64,000 bases of DNA from NCBI GenBank assembly GCA_050084515.1, contig CM114271.1, forward strand, positions 30,690,001 through 30,754,000. The letters are read 5' to 3'. The notes beneath the pieces were generated by a model. The model saw only the letters and a list, made by a program, of their open reading frames with translations. It was not told the DNA's origin and ran no database searches. Both the position numbers and the translations under genes were made by a program. The DNA comes from Blasia pusilla. Its lineage: Eukaryota. Positions 29,463 to 41,818 of this stretch are shown here, piece by piece. Position 1 is the stretch's first letter, and every line of letters starts with the position of its first letter.

Positions 29463-32400
29463 CCCTTAGGAAAACTTGTTGGTTTTAGGAATATGTATGA
29501 ACTTGTGTGGAAAAAAATATCCATGATGGTATTAAGTTATTAATAGTCTTGAGTGAAGTTTCCCATGTGAAAGTGGGAATAAGCATTATATAACTATCTA
29601 CATTCATGAAATTATATTATTTCATATCATTACTTACTCTAGCACTTTAAATCTTATACACTTTACACACTCCATAATTAGTAATTTGGGATGCTGAAGT
29701 AATTTGCAATGCTCCAATTTTTGTTGAAGAAAAATCGTCACAATTTCTTTGCAAATCATAAATATTTTATTTTCAAATGGATCAAAGAGTTTTATTCACC
29801 CTAAAGAGGATATCTTTTCCCGAGATCTACAAGTAGTGTATCATTCGAGAAGTAGCTACAAAACAAAATAACGAACTCTTGATCATAAACTGCTTTTAAT
29901 ATGTAGCAGTGTTCAGAAAAAAAATATACGAGTCATGAGTCTTAGACATAAAGAGAGGAATTTTCTCAAATGGGAATTAAGCAAAGGAGTGAAAATGCAT
30001 ATGGCTACACTAACATTTCCAAGTTTGTCCCAAAAGTGGACTTGTGTAGACAAGTGCATGGGACTTCCAATCCCACCTCAACCCTGCCTTGCCTCACTTC
30101 AAGATGATAAGGGAAAGGTGGAGTGGGGAAGGGGCTATTTTGTATCTTGAGAAGGAGGTAGAGGCACGAGAATATGATTTTTAAATGATTGTGAAAATTC
30201 CGTAAGTAGAGAGGAGTTTGTTGATTTCAAAAGTCAACACATACATACATTTCTTGAGTGAAGAAATTAATTTTTTTATAATTTTCCAAAAGGCAGGGTG
30301 AAGTAAGGGGAGGGTTTTCCCAAAAAAGGAAGAAAGGCAAGGGATTTACCCCCAAATGAAGGGGCAATTTTTTTTCTCAAATTGGGATGGCATATAGGCA
30401 TTGTCATCATAAGATGTGGCATAGAATTCCTAGATGAAGAGGGCATGTAGTAAAGGGGAACAAGAAAAGGGGGTGGTAGTTTTCTTAAGTAATATTTATG
30501 AGATTTTATGTGTTCGTACTTATACATTGCATAGCAAGGGCATGAGGACCAATCTAATTTGTTAATCTAGCTTAAATCCTTGACAAGAAAATCATTTTTA
30601 CTTGTTAATGGTGAATGAATTTTCCTAAATTAAATAATCTTAAAATTTTGAAATTTTCATTTTATTCAATTAGTTAGATTAGCTGAATTATAGCAATAAT
30701 TTAAAGTTGTGTCTATATAAAATTTTCAAAAAATTAAATTTTAAGTGTAGAAGCATTATTCTCAAATTCTCAATAAATATGTCAATTCTCAAGCATCCAA
30801 AATTCAGTCTTGCACCCACTCTTATGAGGCAATTACTAGACACGCGAGAGAAGAGAAAATTTTTCCGAATAAATTTTTTTGTTCAAAGAGACTATTTAAA
30901 ATTTAACCAGAAAAATTAATTTTAAAAATAATGAAAAAATTTAATCCATATTGAAAAATGAGATATTATTCCACATTTCTCTAAAATATCCTACGATAAT
31001 TAAATGCAGGAAAATTGGAAATTTCCCCTTCATCTTTGCTAGAAGAAGTAAAATATTCTTCTCAACAAATATTTATAAGAAATATCTGGTAAATTATAAG
31101 AAAATTCACATTCACCTAAAATGTTAATCAATATTTTATTAAGATATTTATTATTCATTTAATATTTATTTTTGTTGCAAAATACTTATCCTCTTCATTT
31201 AGAAAATATCTTAAAATAAAATATATTATCTACGAAAGTAGCATATGGAATGAGATATCATTCCATATTCACTTATAATATGACTTAATAATTTATTAAG
31301 ATATCTCCAAGTAATATATTTATGTGGGAGAATGTACCAACTTTGTGAGATGAAACTTTTAGTAACATTGAAGACTCCTTGTATGATGTTATTTTCACAA
31401 GGATCAATACTTTCATGTTGCACACTTTCTCCAACCACAAACATCTTCTTTTGGATATATCTCTTCATTTTGTATTGAGGTTCATTTCATGAATCTAAAT
31501 GGTGTATTTAGTCCCTTATAATGGCCCTTTCTTGCTCTCATTCACTGTGGATGGTTGCATCATGTGTTGCACACAAGTAAGTCCTCGAAACTTAAAACTT
31601 CTAGCCCATCAAAAGGCTATTTAAATCTTCACTTCCGAATTGCATTCAATCTAGAAATTATACCATGGTGAATCAATCTTCCTATTTCCTTAACATTTCT
31701 TATAACTTGAGTAATTCAATTGAATGAATATATTCTTCACTTGTCGACTTTATAATTCTAGTAAATTATCTCATGTTCAAAAAAACTCCTTAAAATGTAG
31801 TTCCTCTCAATTTTTTTATTGCATACTAGAAACACTAAGCTTTTGTGTGAGAATTTTCTAATGTAATTCCATGTTTCCCATTTCCCCAATCATTTTTTTC
31901 TACAAAGAACATATCTATCACTTTTGTAATCAAACATTTGAAGCAATCACATTTTATGAATCATGGCATTTGTCTAGAGCAATTTCAATTTTTCATATTT
32001 TTGTTAGTTGATGTATGGGAAATGTGACCTCGATAAGCAATGTTGGCGAGTGGCCAGGATGGTGATTGATGGCTAGTGCAAGCTTGTGTTATTCATGATG
32101 CTAAGAGTCAGGTGGCCCAAGAATTGCTTTAGTGGTTGTGCTATTGAAACATTTTATCGTTGCTCCAATGTCATTGTCAACAAAACATGCTCTTGCAAAT
32201 CAAGAAGCTATCCTCCCTTTAATGTAGATTGCTGTTGATTTTGCTTGGAGCTTCTCTTGTAGATTCTAGGAAGCCAAAAAAATTCCCTTTTGTTTAATTA
32301 TGCTATTATGGGGTTGACCTAAGGTGAAATAATAATATCAATCAACCATGTCTTTTGTCAAGAGAAAAAGAAAATTCACTTGGATGGAACAATCTTTATG

Positions 32401-33161
32401 CATAACCCCATCGCATAAAGATTTCTTTCACATAAAATGAAAATAGTTTGATGTTTCTATTGTAACCCCGTGGGATGCAAGTGTCTAAACTACCTCCCAA
32501 AATTAATTCTCTGGATTCTCAAATATTATTTTAAATCAAATTTTGAGAAATCCCATCCGTTCATGAAATGAAAGATCTTACTAACCAAAAATGTCAATTA
32601 TAAGGAGAAAAAATTTACAAGATAAAAAACACTCTCCAAAATAAAATAAATTTTGACTATCATATAAAAATAATAATTATAAAAACTCTTGTGAATTGTA
32701 AGAGTGAATGACTTCCTTAGCAAAAAGAGTAAGTAGTGGTCTACAACATACCACACTACAAAGGCATGTAGTTGTCTTAGAGTATCTCGTAACTATCTGA
32801 AAAACTACTTTGAGTTTAAAAGACCCTTCATTAACTACATATTAGTGGTATCAAGCCAGGAAGGTATATGTTAAGGAGATGTGAGGGAAGGTCCAAGAAA
32901 AAATCTCCAGATGAGGAGGCAAGGATTTTTCCTTTTTAAGGAAAGGGAAGATGTTTCTTTTTCAAAACGAGGGTAATAGAGCTTTAATTCGGCGAGAGAG
33001 AGGGATTTTCAAAATGAAGTGAGTTCAAGAATAGGAGAGCTCCGAAAGGGAACTAATTTTTCTTTGTGAATGAGTGGAGAATGTGATCTATTAAAATTGA
33101 CATAATCGATTCCGGTTGAAAAAAATAACCAATCTTACCCCCGTGTTTAAGAATGTAAGAC

Positions 33162-36100
33162 TGTTGAGAGTATTAGTGTCAGTGCCCATTTTGACGGACA
33201 AATGTAGATTGCCACATGTGTACTTACTATCTTAAGAAAGAGGAAGTGGAATAAGGAAGCATGCTCATTCCCCCCTTTGAGTAGGAAAACTAGGATTCTA
33301 AATCTTCTCTAAAAGAGGTGCTAGTTTGTGGCTTAGCAAGTCATTAGGAGAAGCTACTATATGAGACATGTTGGAGAGGAGCTTACAACGACGGTAGAAG
33401 GAGCTTCAAGACTTTTGAGTTTGCAACTCTCAATCTTGCATGTTGTCTTTTCCATTATGGTATCAGAGAGAGTTTTTGCTTAAATCCAATTATTCCGTCT
33501 TGTGTTGTTCATATCTTTTCCATGCATCTATAGAGAGGAGAGTTTCTAGAATTCATTATTCCCCAATAGTCAATACGCAGTATTGTAGTAGTAGTTCTTG
33601 ATTGATCTTTATTGTGGGCATGGCCTCGTCGTCTAGAAGGGACCAACATATTGATCGGTTGGATGACAAAAACTATGGCACATGGGCTTTTGTCATGGAG
33701 TATCTCTTGAGACTGCGGAATCTCTTTAAGCACATTGAGAATCCAGATGGTGGGGAAGATTTGAACGATGAAGCTCGTAAGAAGTGGGACTTTGAGGAGA
33801 TGGAGGCATGTTCGCATATCGTGCTTAACATCAAGGCATCACAGCATATACACATCAAGAAGTGCAAGTCGGCATTTGAGATGTGGTCTTAGCTTGAGGA
33901 TAAACACCGCAAGAAAGGTGTTGCTTCCCAAATCTACTTGAGGCGCAAATTATATGGGCTTCGGTATGTAGATGGATCTTCCATGAATGATTTCTTGCGA
34001 GAAATTTTTGAGTTATGTGATGAGCTTGTTGAGTCTGGAGGAGAGGTGAGTGATACGGAAATGCCTTTCATCGTCCTCTCTGCATTACCAGATTCATGGG
34101 AATCATTGATCTAAGCTCTTGGATCAACAAATAAGGAGGATATTACCGAGGACTTTGTAAAGTCCATCCTTTTGCAAGAGGAGGAACGAAGGAAGGAGAA
34201 AGTTACATCTTCTTCTGAAGCAACTCTCGCCATTCAATCTAAGGGGAAAGTTGTCTCAAAATCTGAAAATAAAGAGAAAGGCAAGATCGAAAAATCAAAG
34301 AGTACTTGTAGAGCATGCGGAGAGAAGGGTCATTGGAAGGGTGATAAGGAATGTTTGAAGGCAAAAGATGGGCATACGATAGCAACTACAAGCGTGGTGG
34401 TTGTACTCGAAACCCATGAGGTCCTTTCATCAAATTCACTTACTCTACATCATTCTGTCTGTGTTGATAGTGCTGCAGATGTACGTATTCAACAAGATCG
34501 GTCAAAGATCCTTAACTTTGATAAGGATGCCTTTGTGCATCTACAAGGATACAATGGTATAGGAGGACGATCACGTGGTTCTGGAGAGATGCACATTGTT
34601 GTGCATAATCTAAAGGGAGAACAAGTTAAAGTCATCATAAAAAATGTCCATTGAGTTCCTGAGGCACGAGAAACCTTATTGTCCGCAACTACTCTATGAG
34701 GCGTGGTTGTCGGTTTAACTTAGATGGGAAGGGCGTAGAGTGAATTCTTCCAACCGGGGAAATTTTGTCCCATGGCAAGTTGGAAGGCAAGGCATATCTC
34801 ATTCCATGTGAGGTTGAGGAGGAACATCGAAACCTTATTGCAAGTGTTTCTATGGGCCAAACTTTGCAAGACTGGCACCATACACTCGCGCATGCATCTG
34901 TAAAGAAAATTTGAGAAGCAGACGATCTGGAGTTGTGGAGGGACTCCATAATAAGGGAGACAAGAAATTCATTCCAAGATGTGAGTCATGCATTGTTGGG
35001 AAGGCTCACTGTTTATCTTTCCCAAACACACACAAGCATGCCAAATCAATTTTGGAAGTTGTCATCTCTGATCTTGGCTTTTCTGATACACCGAGTATTA
35101 GCGGAGCTCGATGGCTTGCAGTTTGGATCGATGAGTTTTCTTGATATGTTGGCTTGGCTTTCTTACAAAGGAAAGATCAAACTCATGCCGCTTACAAGAT
35201 GTGGGAGGCAGAAGCACAGCGTTGAACAGGTAAGAAGGTTAAGACCTTCCACACAGATCAAGGATCTTAATTCCTCAACAAGGAGCTTGGCTCACATTTC
35301 AAGGTTGAAGGTGTGCACCACATGACTATCCCTTCATATACGCATGAGATTTTTGGCATGGTGGAGCGGATGATGCGCACCATATTTGAAGGAGTTCGCA
35401 CACTCCTTGAAGATGCAAAGCTTGATCGTAGATATTGGGCTTATGCGGCAAAGCATGTAGTGTGGACGCGGAACCGGCTACCACATCTACAGTTGGAAGA
35501 TAAGACTCCCTATATGGTGTTTTATGGTGTGAAACCTAATCTAGATTTTGCCCGCCCATTCAGATGCTATGTATGGTACCATATTCTGAAGGAGAAACGA
35601 AAAAAGCTCGATGCAAAGGCAAAGAAGGGTATCTTTGTTGGCTACTCCAAAACCTCCAAAGCGTATGAAGTTTTTCTCCTTGATAGCCTAAATGTGGTTC
35701 TTAGTAGGGATGTAATCTTCATGGAGGAAAAGAAATGGGACAATGTGGCAGTTCCACTTGTCACGCCTTCCAGCAGCAAGCCACCAAAGCTAGAGAGAAG
35801 AGCCAAGTGAAGGCATTGTCATCCCAACTATAAATGTTGAAAAGCAAGAGCATGGATCACATGCAAGCACAGGTCCTTAGGAGGATATCCATGCAACACC
35901 TCAACCGGAATATAACGTTGCTGATGCGCATCCGATTTTGGATCATGAGGGCAAGCTTGATCAAGAAGTACCTTTGCCACGTCCATCTCAACGCCAAAGA
36001 GGTGGAATTGGAAGAAGTCATCCCCTTCCTTCCATGGAGCACGACATTGGCGTGGGCCCCTAACGATGTTGTTAGGGGCCCACGCCACGAGCCTTCTCAC

Positions 36101-36470
36101 CAGCGGACTGAGACTAAATGCCAACTGCAGCAAACAGTGACCGAGTCTTGGTCTAGCATGTAAGCATGCTACAACCTTTCTCAGAGATACCGCTGGGCCT
36201 ATACAGACAGAGACCACAATCCAAGCGCCGCACTCCAACAAGAGTACAGAACAGAAGCCTACCCACCTCAGTACTAAACCAGGTCATTGACATAAGGCAA
36301 CCAATGATGCTAACCTTGAACGAGATTGCCCAAAGGACATTGTATTCCATGGGATACACAGATCTTATAGAGGGAGAGGTAAGGAGGGTACGAGAGTCTT
36401 CGTGTCGTTGTTGTCCCTTGAGGAAGACATCCAAGCCAATGTTCGGAGTAATGTCGAGGAAGGGGGATCG
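33162..36470 (+). mobile_element. Truncated/decayed Ty1/Copia retrotransposon (5' LTR, PBS, gag, protease, integrase; no RT/RNase H or matching 3' LTR seen)
   Basis: LTR TGTTGAG...CA at 33162-33454; PBS TGGTATCAGAG (tRNA-iMet) at 33458-33468. Gag from ATG 33620 (LDDKNYGTW), zinc knuckle CRACGEKGHWKGDKEC, protease VCVDSAA, integrase (WHHTLAH...CESC; GMVERMMRTI; KLDAKAKKGIFVGY). Many stops; the right end is approximate. Confidence 0.9.
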
Positions 36471-37840
36471 ATGAATGAGATTTTCTTGCTCCAGTCGCGA
36501 TGCTCTTGTTATGCACGAAAGGTAATTTCTCTCAAAGTTACCGATTATTTCTTCCCCTCCCAAAGTATAACATGTCCATTTTTCATTCTTCAATGAGGAG
36601 TGATATCCCAAGTCCTCCTTGAACTAACTCCCACTTCTATATTAAAGGGTTAAATAATGTCCCACTCCTCATTTATCCCCTCTCTGCATTATTAATAAAA
36701 CCACTTCCCCTCTTCCAATATTCTAATTCATTCTCTTATCCCAAATGTGTAGAGGGCACTAACGGGACAAAAAATACCCTTGTTATAGTGTTAGAATCTT
36801 AGAGACACTTGTGCACATGTTAGATTTGCTTCAAAAATTGTAGGGAGAACTTGTTAAATTTTTCTTGGCTTTTTATTCATTTTCTTTTTTTGTGATTTCA
36901 ATGGGGTTTGAAAAAATCGAAAGTTATTCCTTTGGGTTAAGGTCGACCTCCTAAACTCATGGGGAAGTCCCATATAAATGGATCGAGGCTATCATAGGAG
37001 GATTATCTTATCTCCCCATCTATATTATATTGTCTCTTTGTTTTGCAACCTCCTTTTCAGTCAATAAGATTGTTCATTTTCTTAACTTATAAATAAGATG
37101 GTTCGATATTAATTTAAAAGATAATCAAAAAATTTAAAAACTAATAAATATTTTAAAAACTGATTTAAACTCTAACATGACACATGCTTATACATTATAA
37201 ATAATAAATCAAAATTATTTTTTTAATCCGACACCCATTTCAGATGGATTAGTCAACTTTGTGAGCAGGATTATACGATGCTGCATGGGACTGGTAAAAG
37301 AATCGCCGAAGTGCGTGGCTACATTTACTTCCAGTGCGAAGCGTTGCCGAACTGCACAGAGTTCCTGCAGTGGAACTTCCAGGTGATCGATCGAGCTGGA
37401 TTTCATGGACGACCTGCAACTTGAGTAATTGAGAGTTCCTACAGACTGGAGAGTTTTGACTCGCACACCACGCTATTCCAAGGTCTAAGGTTTTTGGAGG
37501 TATTCAACAAGACGTACAATAAGCCTTAAAGAGCGGTCCTCTATTCTCGTATTCCATCGCTCGATCCTTCGTCCGAAAGAAAGACTTCTATTTTGTGTTA
37601 CTCTTCTGCGAATAGATCCAAACTATTTCGACTCTCACTGCAAGTCCGAATTTGAATTCGCACATTTGCAAATGCTATTGGGGGGCCGACGGGTATCAAA
37701 CTTCGGAGAAACCGCGTTTCCAGATCATGAAAATGTGCGCCAAGCTGGAAACCAGATTCTGTTCCCGAGTTTGACCTTGCATCGCGATTCGAGGTACATC
37801 CTCATGAGCCAGAGCATTTCTTCCAGATCCAAGACTCGAG

Positions 37841-37847
37841 TATAAAG
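37841..37847 (+). promoter_or_regulatory. Probable TATA box of the LTP-extensin gene
   Basis: TATAAAG ~100 bp upstream of ATG 37944. Confidence 0.45.
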
Positions 37848-37943
37848 CTCCCTTACTTCTGCAAGGAAGCGATCGGTTCTTGAGATCTGATTTTGTACAC
37901 CTGAGGCTCGAGATCGAAAAAAGTGACCAGAGTCGGTCGCATC

Positions 37944-38906
37944 ATGGGGAAGATTGAGATGGCGTCGAAGATGGGGGTTTGGACCATATGCTTGCTCGCT
38001 GTTGTGGGGATGACCTCAGCCCGTAACATGCACAGTCCATCGCAGTACTGCTCTTCCGAAAGAGAGTTCGCAAAGTGCGGGAACTTCGTGAGAACGGACT
38101 CCAACTCGACACGGGATTCTTGTCCGAAGTTCAACTCCCCGTGTTGCAAATTCGTGAGAAAGGAGCCTCTGGAGTGCTTCTGCAGTGCTGCGAACCATTT
38201 GACGTTCAAGTCCTTCACTGTGAACATCACCAAGGCCCTGGCATTGCCTCACAAGTGCAATAAGGTCAACAGCAAGGGCATCGGGTTGGAGTGCGAAGGT
38301 GAGGACCGACAGTTCTCCTCTATCAAATCGTTCCATAACTTCACTCTGGTTCCCTTCTTTGTGCATATGTTGACAGCAATTTATAAGTCTCGAAGCTGTA
38401 ATTTATGTATTGAATCGAGTCAGTTCCATTTCATTCACTCTTCAACTCAGAATCTGAGTCTTCCGAGAATCTGAAGCGTACATCATCTGTAACTTATCTC
38501 TGCTCTTGGTGTATGTACATTTGCAGCCCGGGCACCGCCTCCACCACCAGCGTACATTTCCGAGTCTCCACCTCCGCCTTCTCCCCTAGGCTCCCCACCT
38601 CCTTCCCCACTAAGCTCCCCACCTCCTTCCCCACTAAGCTCCCCACCTCCTTCCCCCCTAAGCTCCCCACCTCCTCCACCTCTAATCTTTCGCTCTCCAC
38701 CTCCTCCTCTCTTTACATCTCCACCTCCTCCACCTCTAATCTTTCGCTCTCCACCTCTAATCTTTCGCTCTCCACCTCCTCCTCTCTTTACATCTCCACC
38801 TCCTCCACCTCTAATCTTTCGCTCTCCACCTCCTCCTCTCTTTACATCTCCACCTCCTCCTCCTTCTCCTATAAGTCCTCCACCGATGGAGGGAGAAATG
38901 GAGTGA
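37944..38906 (+). CDS. Secreted nsLTP/8-Cys-motif protein fused to a C-terminal Ser-Pro3-5 extensin-like tail; join(37944..38298,38527..38906)
   Basis: Signal-peptide-like N-terminus (MGVWTICLLAVVGMTSA) and Cys pattern C-C-(C)-CC-CxC-C-C. GT-AG phase-1 intron 4 nt after the last Cys codon. Exon 2 in frame gives ARAPPPPP...(SPPPSPLS)n(SPPPPPLIFRSPPPPLFT)n...MEGEME*, with TGA at 38904-38906. Confidence 0.85.
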
Positions 38907-40369
38907 TAGACCCACAACCGACAGTCTTTATTGCTTGCTCTGAATGAAGGCTGTCCTCACTTGAGGTTGGTAAAATTCCTCGCCTGAGCCGGGACTGTTC
39001 CCAAACTCTGCAGTCCTTCCTCCTCTTATTCATGTTGTTTAGCTCTCCACTCCTCGGTCTCTGACATTGAGCCCTCCACCTCCAGCTTTCATCTTGAGCT
39101 CCTGCATACCCTCTCGTATCGACTTCTCCAACTCCTCCGCCGACCTTTGCTAGTGGGGATTCCCGTAATTCCCCTCGTGTGCCGTTTGCACCACAAGCCA
39201 GCGCTGGGCAAAGCGACCCATGAGATTGGTCGATATGGCGGGCCGGGCATTTAGGGTTTTGGGCAAGGCAGCAGATTTGAGCTTTGAGCGGTCCTATGAA
39301 TGAGCTGAGAATGGGCAGCGATTCTCAACGGGGACTCGTAGCCGAAAACCGTGATCTAGTGTCCCAACTCCTGAAAGCACGCTATCTTGATTCACCATCA
39401 TCTCCACCACCTCCTTGACTCCGATCGAGCTCCTGTCCCATGCTTGATCTCGCAGTGGAAACTGCGCTTAAATGAACTTCTCTGGGTGAGAGATGTACAT
39501 TCATCCGACTACCAGAGACAACTCTTTCTCTTCTGGCTCTCTTCAGGGTTTCGCGCACTTCAATCCGATTCTTCTCCAGTACCAAACACCACTGCTCGTG
39601 AGGCACGGACCGAGTATGGTTTAATTGGTATGCGGGAGGGCTCTGGACGGCGATCCACGAATGCATCATTTTCGGTTCTATATTTTTGGCTCTTAGAAAA
39701 AACAATAACAAGTTTGAAGTCGAAAAGGTGTCCATGGTTTTGGCTCGACCGAGGACTATGGCAACGAAGATGTTCGCGACCGCTGAAACTGTTTGAAACA
39801 TATAGGAAAAATACAAGATTTATATGCATTATACATATTAAACTTCCGATCACGTCTCGTAGTCCTAACGTGTAATTGAGATCGTGGACCCGAATAAATG
39901 GACGGATGAATAAGAACCACAGGACGACGGGCCCTGCCCCGCCCCACCCCATCCCACCCCACTGGCGTTTGTCTCTTTTCTACTCGAACACAAAAGGAAA
40001 TTAAGGAAGTAATTTTAGGTAGACAAGGGTAATAATTTAATTAAACCCCTAACTTTTAATTGACCTTGAAGATCATATTGGCTTATCAAAGGATTTCTTT
40101 AAGGATTTTTTTTCATTGGAAGACAGATGGAATTATCCTATGCCCCCAAGTGTCCAAGCGAAGTGCTGGAAAATAAAAGACACACTCTCTCGTGCATGAC
40201 ACAAGCAGCCCGTATCATGCACGGGAAGGAAAGGATTAATCATATTCACAAAAAAAAACATTTTTTCTGTCCGTAGAAGGGGAAAATATTTTCTTGTTGT
40301 CCTGTTGCCACATGTCAAATAAAGAGGTGTTTGCAAAAATCAAGAAGGCATTCTCAATAATAATACAAA

Positions 40370-40376
<7 letters not shown>

Positions 40377-40408
<32 letters not shown>
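40377..40408. repeat. (TA)n microsatellite
   Basis: TA run seen directly. Confidence 0.95.
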
Positions 40409-40414
<6 letters not shown>

Positions 40415-41733
40415 CACACCCATAATAACATAGAAATAATTTTTACTATTATTGTCAACATAATAATCACAATAGGATAAAAGAACAAGTAACAAGGAAG
40501 AAATGATAAGACTTTTATTATTTGGCTTTTAAAATGCTTTTATGCGTATAGAATTTAAGGGAAGAAAAGAAATCACTTTACATTTTAAAGGAGAAGTGAA
40601 ATAACTACTATGGATCTTTTTGTGATGCACAAATAATGATGGATAATTTAAATTATCCATCATTAACGTAAAAATTTGATTAATAATTTAACCAACCCCT
40701 AGAATTGTAAAGTGATTTCTTACATCAATTTTGAATGATCCTATTGTTTGAGAGATCAAATGACATATGGATTGAAAAGGTCATTTGTCAAAAGGAGAAG
40801 TGTTTGAGAATCAAGAGGGCATTCTCCAATAATAATTCACTACTCCCCAAAAAATAGAAGAGTGAGGTATTTATTATGGGATTAGTGGAGAAGTGGAATA
40901 TTTACAAACGCTAAAGCTAGTTTATATAATTAACATATCAAGAATTAAAATGATGAAATATGAGGATTTCTTATTTCAATGAAAGTCTCCTAAGGATTTT
41001 TAAAAATTATTTTCTTAGAATAAATAAATTTTGGGCATGCCATTGATGGTGATTTCAAACACACTTCTACAAAAGGAAATTACATTGTTTGAGTGGGCAT
41101 ATTTCCTCCAAAAAGAAAAAAAAATCCTTTATTTTTAAAATTGTACCTCTTCTTTCACCTTCATTATTTAGGAAAAATAAATTCAGCTCCTTCCCTTCTA
41201 AACCTTTTAGACCACTAATATGTGAATATCCTCATAATTATAAAAAAACAAATTTTATCTTCCAGATTTCTTTATTTCAGGAAAACTTATATCAGCATTC
41301 TCCATTAGAAAAACCCTTCCATCTTCCTTCTTTTGACATCTTACCTGTAAAACATTTATGAAATTCAAATTTTTAAAATAAAAAATGCACATGGGTCCAA
41401 TCCACACATATGAGCCTCAAATGGTAATATTAATAATTTTCTAAATAAAACTAAGAAAAAGCTGGTATCTTCCCAAAGAATACTTCAATGTTAAATAACC
41501 GATTCAAAGACAAGGAGGTAACCGTTTGTGAGACACACATCCCCGTTGATGATCATACATCCATCATTCGATCTATGAAGGGGTAACTCCCAGCCACTTT
41601 GTTGCTTATGATATTTGGGCGGGTCATTCCTAATATTAAAAACGTGAGGTCAAACACATCCTCCACATCGGCATTACGAACGTCCTAGAAAATTTATATA
41701 TACAAATATTTTACACTATAGGCCAGACGTGAT

Positions 41734-41818
41734 CCGACCTTAGCTCAGTTGGTAGAGCGGGAGACTGTAGTGAGTAGCAGCTATCTCTAGGTCGCTGGTT
41801 CGAATCCGGCAGGTCGGA
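41734..41818 (+). tRNA. trnY-GUA: tRNA-Tyr(GUA) with a 12-nt intron (41771-41782)
   Basis: CCGACCTTAGCTCAGTTGGTAGAGCG-GGAGA-CTGTAG-[tgagtagcagct]-A-TCTCT-AGGTCGCTGGTTCGAATCCGGCAGGTCGGA. All stems pair, and the intron lies after position 37 as in plant nuclear tRNA-Tyr. Confidence 0.96.

Noticed and set aside
29480-31900. Possible MULE transposase remnants (SWIM-like GLTCVQH near 31570, minus strand)
   Set aside because: Too decayed to support by eye; needs a translated HMM search.
32847-32859. Second PBS-like TGGTATCAAGCC
   Set aside because: Imperfect, with no definable LTR or gag attached; at most an old remnant.
38483-38947. Gly-rich minus-strand ORF and Ser/Thr-rich plus-strand ORF
   Set aside because: Shadow frames of the SPPP extensin exon; splice phase selects the Pro-rich frame.
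39249-39260. AAAACCCTAAAT telomere-like motif as a possible telomerase RNA template
   Set aside because: A single telo-box-sized match with no USE/TATA promoter or Pol III terminator evident.
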